Positions 18,964 to 27,545 of a DNA stretch of 29,555 nucleotides are shown here, piece by piece (the stretch's first letter is position 1; every line of letters begins with the position of its first letter). The stretch spans positions 1 to 29,555 of the forward strand of contig JAWBBW010000018.1 of assembly GCA_038824035.1 (NCBI GenBank), read 5' to 3'. This DNA is from Desulfurococcaceae archaeon. GTDB lineage: Archaea > Thermoproteota > Thermoprotei_A > Sulfolobales > Desulfurococcaceae. Under the pieces are notes generated by a model. It saw only the letters and a list, made by a program, of their open reading frames with translations. It ran no database searches and was not told the origin of the DNA. The position numbers and the translations under genes were made by a program.

Positions 18964-20535
18964 CTATATATATGGTGGTATTATCTTATACACGTCGCGC
19001 CACTTAGCGAGAACCTCCAATACTATTGCCGCTGCCCTATCTAGTGCTTCATCAGGCGATATTTCTCCCATAACAGCTCTATGTAATGTTGTAAACAATT
19101 CTGTTGTTGTAGCAATATCATAAGTCGGTCCTGGCGGGTTACCTCTGAAAACGTTTTCGCGCACAGCTTTCATCATTAATGCAAAATATCCATGGCCAAA
19201 TTTCTCATCTAATTTAGGTCCCCACTCTGTTAACACAGACCACCTAACCACGGTATTTACGTTTTCAGCTATTCTGGCAACATTTTGCTTACTTGTAACC
19301 CATTGTATAAACAACCATGAAGCAATTTTTCTTTCTCGTGGCAGATATGGGTTTATGCCCATACCACCTCCATCAAAATAACCTATATAACCACCAGTAT
19401 AGCATTCCGGATCTATTGGTGGATATGCCACGCCATATTTACCTATCATAGCTGGGTTCTCTTTGAATATCGTTCCAAAGAATTCTGCATACATCAAGCC
19501 TTGTACAGCATCTCCACGAGTAAATGTTGCACCTACTTCATCCCAGGTATATGAGGCCACACCTGGTGGAGCATATTTCAATAATTCTACATATAACCTA
19601 AATGCTTTCTTACCACATGTGTTATTAAAGTAAACTTGATCCAGGCCTGTTGATATACCCCAATATTGTATTCCGAACGTGGGCCAAACACTTTCAACCA
19701 TTTCGAACCATAAACATGGATGCGAAGCAGCTTGGGCAACCCATCCATATACTCCAGGCTCTCTTGTACCAGCTCCGAAGAATTCTGCTACTTCCTTAAC
19801 AAAATCCCATGTCAATACCTCAGGTAAAGAAATTCCATATTTAGCGAACAGGTCTTTTCTATATACATATATCTTCAAGAATGCTTCAAATGGTATAGCT
19901 AACAATCTACCAGCATAGTAATAATCTTTTAACACAAATATATCATCAGGGTCGTATGCTGGCCATGTTAACTCTGGATCACTTAAATATGGTGTTAAGT
20001 CCTCTAGCCAGCCTAGAACACCGAATTGTCCTACTATATCTTGTTCAACGTAGAATAAGTCATAGTCTGTAGTCCTAGCTGTTAAAGTAGCTACTGATTT
20101 TCTGTACATTTCATCCCATGAGACAGCCTCTACAATTACCGTTATTCCCGTTATTCTTTCAAACTCCTTTGCCAGAACATCTCGTATAAATAGACTTGTA
20201 GGTGTACTCTCCGTGACCATTCTTATAGTCAAGCCTCTCAATCCATGTTTAGCAGACATCTCTGCAAGCCATTGCTCTAATGGTAATGCTTCTGGCACCG
20301 GTACTCCAGGCGCTGTTACTGTAACAGGTATCGTTACTGTCTCTGTTACAGTTATTACTGCTCCAGGTACTCCCGGCTGGGTTACTGTTACTACGCTCAC
20401 GGTGGGCACTGTTACAGGGACGGTGACGGTCTGCATCTCTCTAGGTAACGTTGCCACAAGGGCTATTGTTACAATAGATAATACAATTAGTACTACTAAA
20501 GCTATTGCTAGGAACCTGGGTGCAACCGCGCTCAA
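18964..20535 (-). CDS. ABC transporter solute-binding protein (family 1, GlpV-like), N-terminally membrane anchored
   Basis: Hydrophobic N-terminal helix, Thr/Val/Pro linker, FERITGI, YRKDLF, KYAPPG, IGYFDGGG and SWLFIQWVTSK. TTG start with GAGGGG RBS. Confidence 0.9.
   Translation of the reverse strand: MSAVAPRFLAIALVVLIVLSIVTIALVATLPREMQTVTVPVTVPTVSVVTVTQPGVPGAVITVTETVTIPVTVTAPGVPVPEALPLEQWLAEMSAKHGLRGLTIRMVTESTPTSLFIRDVLAKEFERITGITVIVEAVSWDEMYRKSVATLTARTTDYDLFYVEQDIVGQFGVLGWLEDLTPYLSDPELTWPAYDPDDIFVLKDYYYAGRLLAIPFEAFLKIYVYRKDLFAKYGISLPEVLTWDFVKEVAEFFGAGTREPGVYGWVAQAASHPCLWFEMVESVWPTFGIQYWGISTGLDQVYFNNTCGKKAFRLYVELLKYAPPGVASYTWDEVGATFTRGDAVQGLMYAEFFGTIFKENPAMIGKYGVAYPPIDPECYTGGYIGYFDGGGMGINPYLPRERKIASWLFIQWVTSKQNVARIAENVNTVVRWSVLTEWGPKLDEKFGHGYFALMMKAVRENVFRGNPPGPTYDIATTTELFTTLHRAVMGEISPDEALDRAAAIVLEVLAKWRDVYKIIPPYI
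20293..20433 (-). repeat. low-complexity Thr/Val/Pro-rich linker coding repeat in the SBP
   Basis: Repeated GTTAC(T/A)G units on the + strand encode TVTVPVTVPTVSVVTVTQPGVPGAVITVTETVTIPVTVTAPGVP. Confidence 0.7.
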
Positions 20536-20687
20536 TACAACCCCCTCTGTTTATATCTGTTATATGTAAGGATGAGTTTAAAAATATTTCCTACTAGAGA
20601 AATCATAGTAAAAGTAAAATAAACATATATAAATGTTATAAATACAGAATATATGAATATAGAAATGATATGGTTCTGGTGATGAAT

Positions 20688-21707
20688 ATGCGGGCCCTGG
20701 TTATTTATAGACCATTTGAAAGTAATATAGATGTGGTAAATGACCCAGAACCTCGAGCAAACGAGATCGTAATAAAAACCAAGGCATGTGGTATTTGTGG
20801 TACGGATATCCATATATTCAGGGGCGAGGAACCTAGAACATTGTTTCCCATAATACCTGGCCACGAATTAGCCGGTGTAATCATAGACATGGGAAAAGAT
20901 ATCAAAGACTTCTCTGTAGGTGATGTAGTAGCCGTTGATCCTAACATTGCTTGCGGCAGATGTTATTATTGTAAAATTGGATCAAGGCATTTCTGTGAAA
21001 ACTGGGAAGGCATTGGAGTCACTAGGCCAGGGGGATTTGCAGAAAAAGTCGCTGTACCTGTTGATAACTTGTATAAAGTTCCGCGCAATATTCCACTTGA
21101 AAGAGCCGCACTTGTAGAGCCTTTATCTTGCATACTTCATGGATTAGATGCTATAATGCCTTTAAAAGGTGGTGAAAAAATAGCAATTTTCGGTGCAGGA
21201 CCGATAGGGCTTATGTTCTTAGCCATTCTTAGAAGGTTTACAATCGCTGATATAGCAGTATTCGAAGTTCAACCTCAAAGAGCTAAGAAGGCTATAGAAT
21301 TTAAAGCAGATATTGTAGAAAATCCCACAGAGATCGATCTGTACAAGTTTTCACAAGAGTTCACCCATGGAAAAGGTTTCAATGTAGTGATAGATGCAAC
21401 TGGAAATATAGAAGCTATTTCAAGAATATTGAAATTAGATATTGTTGCTCCACAGGCAAAGATATTGCTTTTTGGTGTAGCTCCCACTGGTAGAAAAGTA
21501 GAATTAGAGCCCTATATGGTTTTCAGAAAAGAGGTATCCATTATGGGAACCATTATAAATCCGTATACCACGCAAAGAGCTATTATGCTCCTTGACGAAC
21601 TACCAGAGTTGGATACTATGATAGATAGAATAAGTCTCGAAGAAGCTCTTAATATTCTCCGAGGTACGAGTGGAAAGAATTACATCAAACCCATGATAAT
21701 ATTTTAG
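20688..21707 (+). CDS. zinc-dependent (MDR) polyol dehydrogenase, D-altritol/arabitol dehydrogenase-like
   Basis: CGICGTD, GHE, DPNIACGRCYYC-x7-C structural Zn site, EPLSC, GAGPIG, acidic residue after beta2 and INPYT. Start ATG 20688 after GGTG; the ORF extends to 20670. Confidence 0.88.
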   Translation: MRALVIYRPFESNIDVVNDPEPRANEIVIKTKACGICGTDIHIFRGEEPRTLFPIIPGHELAGVIIDMGKDIKDFSVGDVVAVDPNIACGRCYYCKIGSRHFCENWEGIGVTRPGGFAEKVAVPVDNLYKVPRNIPLERAALVEPLSCILHGLDAIMPLKGGEKIAIFGAGPIGLMFLAILRRFTIADIAVFEVQPQRAKKAIEFKADIVENPTEIDLYKFSQEFTHGKGFNVVIDATGNIEAISRILKLDIVAPQAKILLFGVAPTGRKVELEPYMVFRKEVSIMGTIINPYTTQRAIMLLDELPELDTMIDRISLEEALNILRGTSGKNYIKPMIIF

Positions 21708-21727
21708 GATAACACTTGGTGAGCTCG

Positions 21728-22696
21728 ATGTATGTAACTGAAGCTACATGTATGGGTGAAATTTTAGTAGACATTATCCCCTTAGAGCCGGGCGGCTACA
21801 AAGATGGGGCAATATTCGAAGTACATTTCGGTGGTGCACCAGCAAATGTTGCAGTTGGTATTGCTAGGCTTAACCATAGATCAGCATTTATTGGATCTAT
21901 TGGGGATGATCCATTCGGTGACATGTTAAAGGATTTCCTGGTGAAGAATGGCGTTGATACTAGATGGCTTGTCAGGAAAAAAGCCAGGACTAGTTTGGCA
22001 TTTGTCATGCTACACGAGAACGGGGAGAGAGACTTTTTCTTTTACAGAGAGCCGTGGGTTAAAACAGCAGATACTATGCTTAAAATTGATGACATAGATC
22101 TTGACGCCGTCTTAAAGACTAAAGTGATCCATATATCCGGAGTAGCTACAGCTTACCCATCACTCAATGAAACTATTTATGAAGTGATGAAAGAGGCATA
22201 TAGATCAGGGGTCTTCGTCTCTATAGATCCAAATTACAGAGCGGATATTTGGGGTTCAGGTGAACTAGCTTTGAAGACCATGAACAAATATTTCAGGGTT
22301 TCACACATGATAACGATGGGTAAAGATGAATTATTGAATATGTTCGGCATTGAAGATCACAAGTATTTGGCAAGAATGATTTTTGATCAATATCCGAACA
22401 TCGAGATTGTAGCATTAAGACTTGGTGCATTAGGAGCATACGTGGCTAAAAGAAATGATGAAGAAATCTATGTACCAGCATATAAGATAACTCCAGTTGA
22501 TACTACTGGTGCCGGGGATGTATGGACAGCTACATTTATAGTTATGCACATATTAGAAGGCATGAAGCTGGAAAAATCAATCAAATACGCTAACGCCGCT
22601 GCTGCAATAAAATGTACCCGCAGAGGTGCTGTAACAGCATTTCCACGAAGAGATGAGATAGAAAACTTTATTAAACAATACGAATCATGTTGTTAA
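21728..22696 (+). CDS. PfkB-family sugar kinase, fructokinase-like
   Basis: GEILVD, GGAPANVAVGIARL, GDDPFG, TSLAFV, GERDFFFYR, DPNYR and DTTGAGD. ATG 21728 follows GGTGA. Confidence 0.88.
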   Translation: MYVTEATCMGEILVDIIPLEPGGYKDGAIFEVHFGGAPANVAVGIARLNHRSAFIGSIGDDPFGDMLKDFLVKNGVDTRWLVRKKARTSLAFVMLHENGERDFFFYREPWVKTADTMLKIDDIDLDAVLKTKVIHISGVATAYPSLNETIYEVMKEAYRSGVFVSIDPNYRADIWGSGELALKTMNKYFRVSHMITMGKDELLNMFGIEDHKYLARMIFDQYPNIEIVALRLGALGAYVAKRNDEEIYVPAYKITPVDTTGAGDVWTATFIVMHILEGMKLEKSIKYANAAAAIKCTRRGAVTAFPRRDEIENFIKQYESCC

Positions 22697-22852
22697 CTTA
22701 ATTTGACCAAGATATTAAAAATTATTTATTATGAAAATGTTTTATATAATGATGAGACCCGTTAACACAACGTCAATATTGAAGAACATGTTTTAGAACA
22801 TAATCAAAAGTTTCGGCGATGTTGCCGTCGATCGTTCTTTAGCAAATGCCAT

Positions 22853-23395
22853 TCAGTGATTGGCTGGTTTTCTTCTAACAAGTTTACCTCTGTTTGATGG
22901 AATTATTTCTTGCCGTGCATTTTCGAATTTTATGTAAAGTTCCTTTCCTTCATATATTCGATCAAGGAAAATCGCTAGTGCAGCGATCTCCGAGTGAGGC
23001 TGATGTCCTATTGCAATATTGAAATCTGCTATTTCGTAAAAGAACCTAGGAACTTTTTTCGCTCCAACTACAACTAATATATCTCTTGTATCTCTTCTTA
23101 CCTTATCGATTACATCGTCTATATGTATACCATACATGGTTAAATGCACTACTAAGCCTCCTTTCTCTTTCCAATTAACACAGTATTTCTCAGAGTTAAC
23201 GCCCATTTCTAAGTGAAGAAAACCACCCCAATATTTTTCAATTTTCTTGATTGTTTTATACACATTTTCATCTACTACATCACCTAGTATAAATCCATGA
23301 GCGCCAAAAGCCCTGGCCACTAAGGCCACGTGTGTTGTAACTCTCTTATCCCTGCCTGGCCGATGGCCATATCTTAGCACATATATCTTCCTCAT
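22853..23395 (-). CDS. trm56: tRNA (cytidine(56)-2'-O)-methyltransferase
   Basis: LRYGHRPGRDKRVTTHVALVARAFGA, VHLTMYG, VGAKKVP and QPHSEIAALAIFLDR. Confidence 0.96.
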   Translation of the reverse strand: MRKIYVLRYGHRPGRDKRVTTHVALVARAFGAHGFILGDVVDENVYKTIKKIEKYWGGFLHLEMGVNSEKYCVNWKEKGGLVVHLTMYGIHIDDVIDKVRRDTRDILVVVGAKKVPRFFYEIADFNIAIGHQPHSEIAALAIFLDRIYEGKELYIKFENARQEIIPSNRGKLVRRKPANH

Positions 23396-24461
23396 GGTTT
23401 ATAACACCGTTATTTCTATTTCTCAGCCTTACGTATATCTCATTCAATAACTTCTCTATATTTGTTCCATGTTTACATGAAACTGGAATTATATTCTCAC
23501 CTGGCTTAAGGAATTTGGAGATCTCATCTAAAATATCCTTGTGGAAATAGAGCTTATCTATTTTATTTAGAACTATGATCATGTCTTTTCCATGAACATT
23601 CAATTTACTTAGTATGTTTCTAGACGTCTCAATGTCCTCTATTATATTAGAAACAGGCTTAGATGAGTCGACCACATTTAAGATCAAGTCGGCATCCACT
23701 ATTTCCTCTAATGTAGCGTAAAAAGCACTTATGATCTCAGGTGGAAGATCCCTTATAAAACCAACGGTGTCTGTTACAATGAATGCCAAGTCCCTGTAAA
23801 CCACCTTATAGGATTTAGGAGAAAGTGTAGTAAACGGCTCAGGGCCCACAGGTTTATTTAATCCTGTCAACACGTTGAATAAACTCGTCTTACCTGCACA
23901 TGTGTATCCAACGATAACTACATGTGGGAATCCTGCCTCGGATCTCGCTTTTCTCCTTGTATCTCTCGTTTCACGTAGCCTTTCAAGTTCTTTTCTAACA
24001 ATAGCTTCTTTCTTTTTCATCATTGAGTAATATTTCTCGAAACCATACCTACCAGTTCCTAGGAATCCATGGAGTTCTCCCAGTTTTCTATGCCTAATAG
24101 TTTCCTTGATCAAGGGTAAACTATACTTTAGCCTAGCCAGCTCTATTTGTAATAGCGCCTCCTTGGAACCAGCATGTTGTGCAAAAATCTCCAGTATCAA
24201 CATCACCCTATCTATGACATTTTTCCTTAATTCCTTGATCAAGTTTATGTATTGAGATGGTCTTAATCTATCCATCACTATTAGCTTATCAAAGTCCATT
24301 TCTCTGAGTCTTTCGATCTTGTATGGAGATAGATATGTTTTAGGTGATGTATTTTTTACGATCACGACGTCTAGTATATTATTATATATTGTTTTAACTA
24401 ATCCAAGCTCTTCATCAACAAATTTCACGTATTTCTTCGGTATTACAACAATCACATTCAA
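23346..24461 (-). CDS. hflX: ribosome-associated GTPase HflX
   Basis: DRVMLILEIFAQHAGSKEALLQIELARLKY, GYTCAGKTSLFN, FTTL, DTVGFI and NKID. Confidence 0.93.
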   Translation of the reverse strand: MNVIVVIPKKYVKFVDEELGLVKTIYNNILDVVIVKNTSPKTYLSPYKIERLREMDFDKLIVMDRLRPSQYINLIKELRKNVIDRVMLILEIFAQHAGSKEALLQIELARLKYSLPLIKETIRHRKLGELHGFLGTGRYGFEKYYSMMKKKEAIVRKELERLRETRDTRRKARSEAGFPHVVIVGYTCAGKTSLFNVLTGLNKPVGPEPFTTLSPKSYKVVYRDLAFIVTDTVGFIRDLPPEIISAFYATLEEIVDADLILNVVDSSKPVSNIIEDIETSRNILSKLNVHGKDMIIVLNKIDKLYFHKDILDEISKFLKPGENIIPVSCKHGTNIEKLLNEIYVRLRNRNNGVINHEEDICAKIWPSARQG

Positions 24462-24465
24462 TAAC

Positions 24466-24975
24466 TTAATCCCTTTTATCCTTGATTTTTATTAAATCCC
24501 CTATAGTAAGGTGATCGGTTTCATTGCCTTTTAAATCTATTTTTTCATCAACGACCGGTTCTAATAATTTAATATTAAGTACTTTTTCAAGTTTTCTTGC
24601 TATTTCTAAACTTGGCCTCAACCTCCCACTTTCTATTCTCTTAATAGTGTTTTCGCTCTCACCGATCTTAGATGCCAATACTTGCTGTGTCCATCCAAGC
24701 TTTTCACGTGCTTTACGTATTCGAATAGCGTAATCCTCCACAATCTCGTGTTCTTCTCTATAGATAGGTTTTCCAGGTCTGGATTTCGTGGAAATCCCGG
24801 TACCTTGTCTAACAGCGGGCTTTGACTCCACGTATTCCTTGGCCTTGCCTTGTTTGATCAACCTAGTATAACATTGTTGACAGACATGAAGGATCGATCC
24901 CTCTATTAGAACCTTCTTAGCGGATTTCAAATCGACTTCTTTACCACAGATCTCACAGTAATAAGACAATTCCAT
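24466..24975 (-). CDS. mbf1: archaeal multiprotein bridging factor aMBF1
   Basis: N-terminal CEICG...VCQQC ribbon, HTH IRKAREKLGWTQ...IESG and C-terminal TIGD. Confidence 0.93.
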   Translation of the reverse strand: MELSYYCEICGKEVDLKSAKKVLIEGSILHVCQQCYTRLIKQGKAKEYVESKPAVRQGTGISTKSRPGKPIYREEHEIVEDYAIRIRKAREKLGWTQQVLASKIGESENTIKRIESGRLRPSLEIARKLEKVLNIKLLEPVVDEKIDLKGNETDHLTIGDLIKIKDKRD

Positions 24976-25047
24976 ACACCTTGCAATTCACAATATATAC
25001 CCTGGTTTAAATTAGTTTAATGAACCTATTTATCTCCGGGTTTCGTT

Positions 25048-26286
25048 ATGAACAGTGAAATGGAAAAACACACTAAGTTTGGCAAACCCGATGGAGATCA
25101 CATTGATGTAATGATCTCTGATGAAGAAGAATATGTGAGATTTCTTGAATCAAAGCTACGCTTGCTCGAGGAAGAACGTGAAAAATTGCTAACAAAGCTA
25201 AATTACTATAGATCTGAGATCGAGAAATTGCTATCACCCCCACTAATAGAGGCAACTGTTGAGTATTTACTCAGTGATGGAAGAGTCGTTGTCAGAAGCA
25301 CTACAGGTCCTAATCTAATTGTACATGTAATGGATAATATTGATAAATCATTTCTAAAACCTGGGACAAGAGTGGCCCTTAACCAAAGAGGGTCAACTAT
25401 AGTGGAGATTTTGCCAGAACACGTAGATCCATACGTCCAGATGATGGAAATAATAGAGAAACCAAACATAAAGTATACCGATATTGGGGGTCTCAGCGAA
25501 CAGATCAATGAACTCAGAGAGGTCGTGGAGTTACCGCTTAAGCATCCTGAACTATTTGAAGAAATAGGTATAGAGCCCCCCAAAGGAGTTTTACTATATG
25601 GCCCGCCTGGCTGTGGTAAAACATTATTGGCCAAGGCCGTTGCCACCGAGGCCAATGCAACATTCATATCGATTGTTGGTAGTGAATTAGTTCAAAAGTT
25701 CATAGGTGAAGGGGCCAGGATAGTGAAAGAACTATTCAATATGGCGAGGAGAAAAGCCCCCTCAATAATATTTATCGATGAAATAGACGCTATAGCCGCT
25801 AAAAGAATAGATATAGGTACTAGCGGTGAAAGAGAAGTACAAAGGACTTTAATGCAATTACTAGCCGAATTGGATGGATTCCGGCCTTTAGATAAGGTTA
25901 AAGTAATTGCCGCTACGAATAGAATAGATATACTGGACCCAGCTATATTAAGACCTGGTAGATTTGACAGAATAATAGAAGTTCCATATCCCGATAAAAA
26001 TGGTCGGATCGAGATATTCAAGATACACACCAGGAAAATGAAGATCAGTGATGATGTGGACTTTCTTAAATTAGCAGAGTTAACCCAGGGTTTTTCAGGT
26101 GCAGATATAAAGGCCGTTGTAACAGAGGCTGGATATTTCGCGATCAGAGAAAATAGGAAAATAGTAATATTTAACGATTTTCTAAGAGCTATTGAAAAAA
26201 TAAAGAGTAAGAAAAAACTCCGAAACAACGAGGACATGTATGTCGATAGTACTAAAAAATATGAAACCAAGTTTATATTTCAATAA
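25048..26286 (+). CDS. pan: proteasome-activating nucleotidase (AAA+)
   Basis: Coiled coil plus OB domain, [14 protein letters not shown] pore loop, [16 protein letters not shown] and RPGRFDR. Confidence 0.97.
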   Translation: MNSEMEKHTKFGKPDGDHIDVMISDEEEYVRFLESKLRLLEEEREKLLTKLNYYRSEIEKLLSPPLIEATVEYLLSDGRVVVRSTTGPNLIVHVMDNIDKSFLKPGTRVALNQRGSTIVEILPEHVDPYVQMMEIIEKPNIKYTDIGGLSEQINELREVVELPLKHPELFEEIGIEPPKGVLLYGPPGCGKTLLAKAVATEANATFISIVGSELVQKFIGEGARIVKELFNMARRKAPSIIFIDEIDAIAAKRIDIGTSGEREVQRTLMQLLAELDGFRPLDKVKVIAATNRIDILDPAILRPGRFDRIIEVPYPDKNGRIEIFKIHTRKMKISDDVDFLKLAELTQGFSGADIKAVVTEAGYFAIRENRKIVIFNDFLRAIEKIKSKKKLRNNEDMYVDSTKKYETKFIFQ

Positions 26287-26340
26287 TCCATAATACTTAA
26301 TTACACCTCATTTCTCTACGAGTTGTTAGAGGTGTATGAT

Positions 26341-26820
26341 ATGATTATAAGAAAACCTACGAGCGAGGAACTAGAGGAGCTAAGATATATCGCCAAATTA
26401 CAGTTCGGAGTAAACGCTGAGATATTCCTGCCAAATGATCTAACAGTAGCCATTAGCCCCAACACCAATAAGATACGACTCATTTTCCGTAATGGTAATA
26501 GATATCTCGCGCTGAGATCAAGGGATTTTAGGTTTAACTTATACATAGAGGCTGGTAAAGTTCTCAACGAGATACTACCACATCCTCTGTACAGAGTCTA
26601 CGTTAAAGATGAATACGTGGATTTTATAGCAAGAGGAGCCACACTTTTTTCAAAACATGTCTTGATGGCTGATCCAAGGATTAGGCCTGATGACGAAGTC
26701 ATTGTAGCCGATTCTCATGGAAATTTGTTAGCAGTTGGAAGAGCCGTTGAACCTGGTTGGGAAATGACTTTTTATAAAAGAGGTGTAGCTGTAAAGATTA
26801 GGGAGGGTATATATCAATGA
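26341..26820 (+). CDS. PUA-domain protein resembling the ArcTGT C-terminal domains
   Basis: KIRLI..LALR, RVYV, LFSKHVLMADPRIRPDDEVIV, LLAVGRA and GVAVKIREG. ATG 26341 follows GAGGTG. Confidence 0.8.
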   Translation: MIIRKPTSEELEELRYIAKLQFGVNAEIFLPNDLTVAISPNTNKIRLIFRNGNRYLALRSRDFRFNLYIEAGKVLNEILPHPLYRVYVKDEYVDFIARGATLFSKHVLMADPRIRPDDEVIVADSHGNLLAVGRAVEPGWEMTFYKRGVAVKIREGIYQ

Positions 26821-27545
26821 TTAAGTTCATTCCGTTAACATCATTTAATAAAGAAGAATTATATGACTCATATTTTATCACCGGGTTCCAGGGATTTGGC
26901 TTAGTAGGGTACTTGTCTACTAGGCACATAGTGAAGGAACTGGGCTTAAAGAGAATAGGGTTTATAAAAACGAGATATATGCCAGAATTCACGATGTACA
27001 CTCGTGATCGAAATATAATGTACCCTTATGAGGTATATGCTGGTTCCATAGATAATTCCAAGGTAATAGTGCTTTTGAATCATGCTCTCCCAGATAGAAG
27101 AGATCTAACCAATTATGCCGAGTACCTTGCATTATATGCAAAAGAACACGGCGTGAAAGAACTAATGCTTATCGGTGGATTAGACCAGAGTTTAAGAGAT
27201 AGTCAAGATGAAAAGTATAGATGGATTCCCCTGGGGAATACATCAATTAAATTAGACAGTAAAATTCTCGAGGAGAGATATATCATAGGTCCACTGGCAT
27301 TGACCATGATGTTCGCCGTTGCCCACGGATTAAAAGGCGTGGTTATATTGCCATTTACCGAACCCTATAGGCCTGATCCAAGAGCAAGCGCCATAGCTGT
27401 AGAAATTGTTGGCAAAATAATTGGGGTAAACATAGAGACACGAGCATTGATCGAAGAGGCAGTATTGATAGAGGCGATAAGTGCTGAAAGAGAAAAGCTT
27501 ATTGAAGAATATGAGAAGAGATCTCGGTTGAGTTACATACAATGA
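26817..27545 (+). CDS. PAC2-family proteasome assembly chaperone
   Basis: ITGFQGFGLVGYLS, LIGGLD, IIGPLAL, PDPRAS and L..EA..IE. 4-nt ATGA overlap with the PUA gene. Confidence 0.85.
   Translation: MIKFIPLTSFNKEELYDSYFITGFQGFGLVGYLSTRHIVKELGLKRIGFIKTRYMPEFTMYTRDRNIMYPYEVYAGSIDNSKVIVLLNHALPDRRDLTNYAEYLALYAKEHGVKELMLIGGLDQSLRDSQDEKYRWIPLGNTSIKLDSKILEERYIIGPLALTMMFAVAHGLKGVVILPFTEPYRPDPRASAIAVEIVGKIIGVNIETRALIEEAVLIEAISAEREKLIEEYEKRSRLSYIQ

Larger units (their letters stand above)
8332..22852. other. accessory carbohydrate/polyol utilisation island downstream of tRNA-Arg
   Basis: Block of catabolic and transport genes between two housekeeping clusters, with long AT-rich spacers. No integrase or att duplication was seen. 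Confidence 0.65.

Noticed and set aside
20532-20864. 110-aa minus ORF abutting the SBP start
   Set aside because: It overlaps the Zn-dehydrogenase antisense and spans the AT-rich divergent promoter.
22749-22805. Possible C/D box sRNA (ATGATGA...TGAAGA)
   Set aside because: No CTGA D or D' box at a suitable spacing.
22697-22852. attR duplication of the tRNA 3' end
   Set aside because: No convincing match to GGTTCAAATCCCGGCGGGCCC; only a short CGGC/GCCG hairpin.
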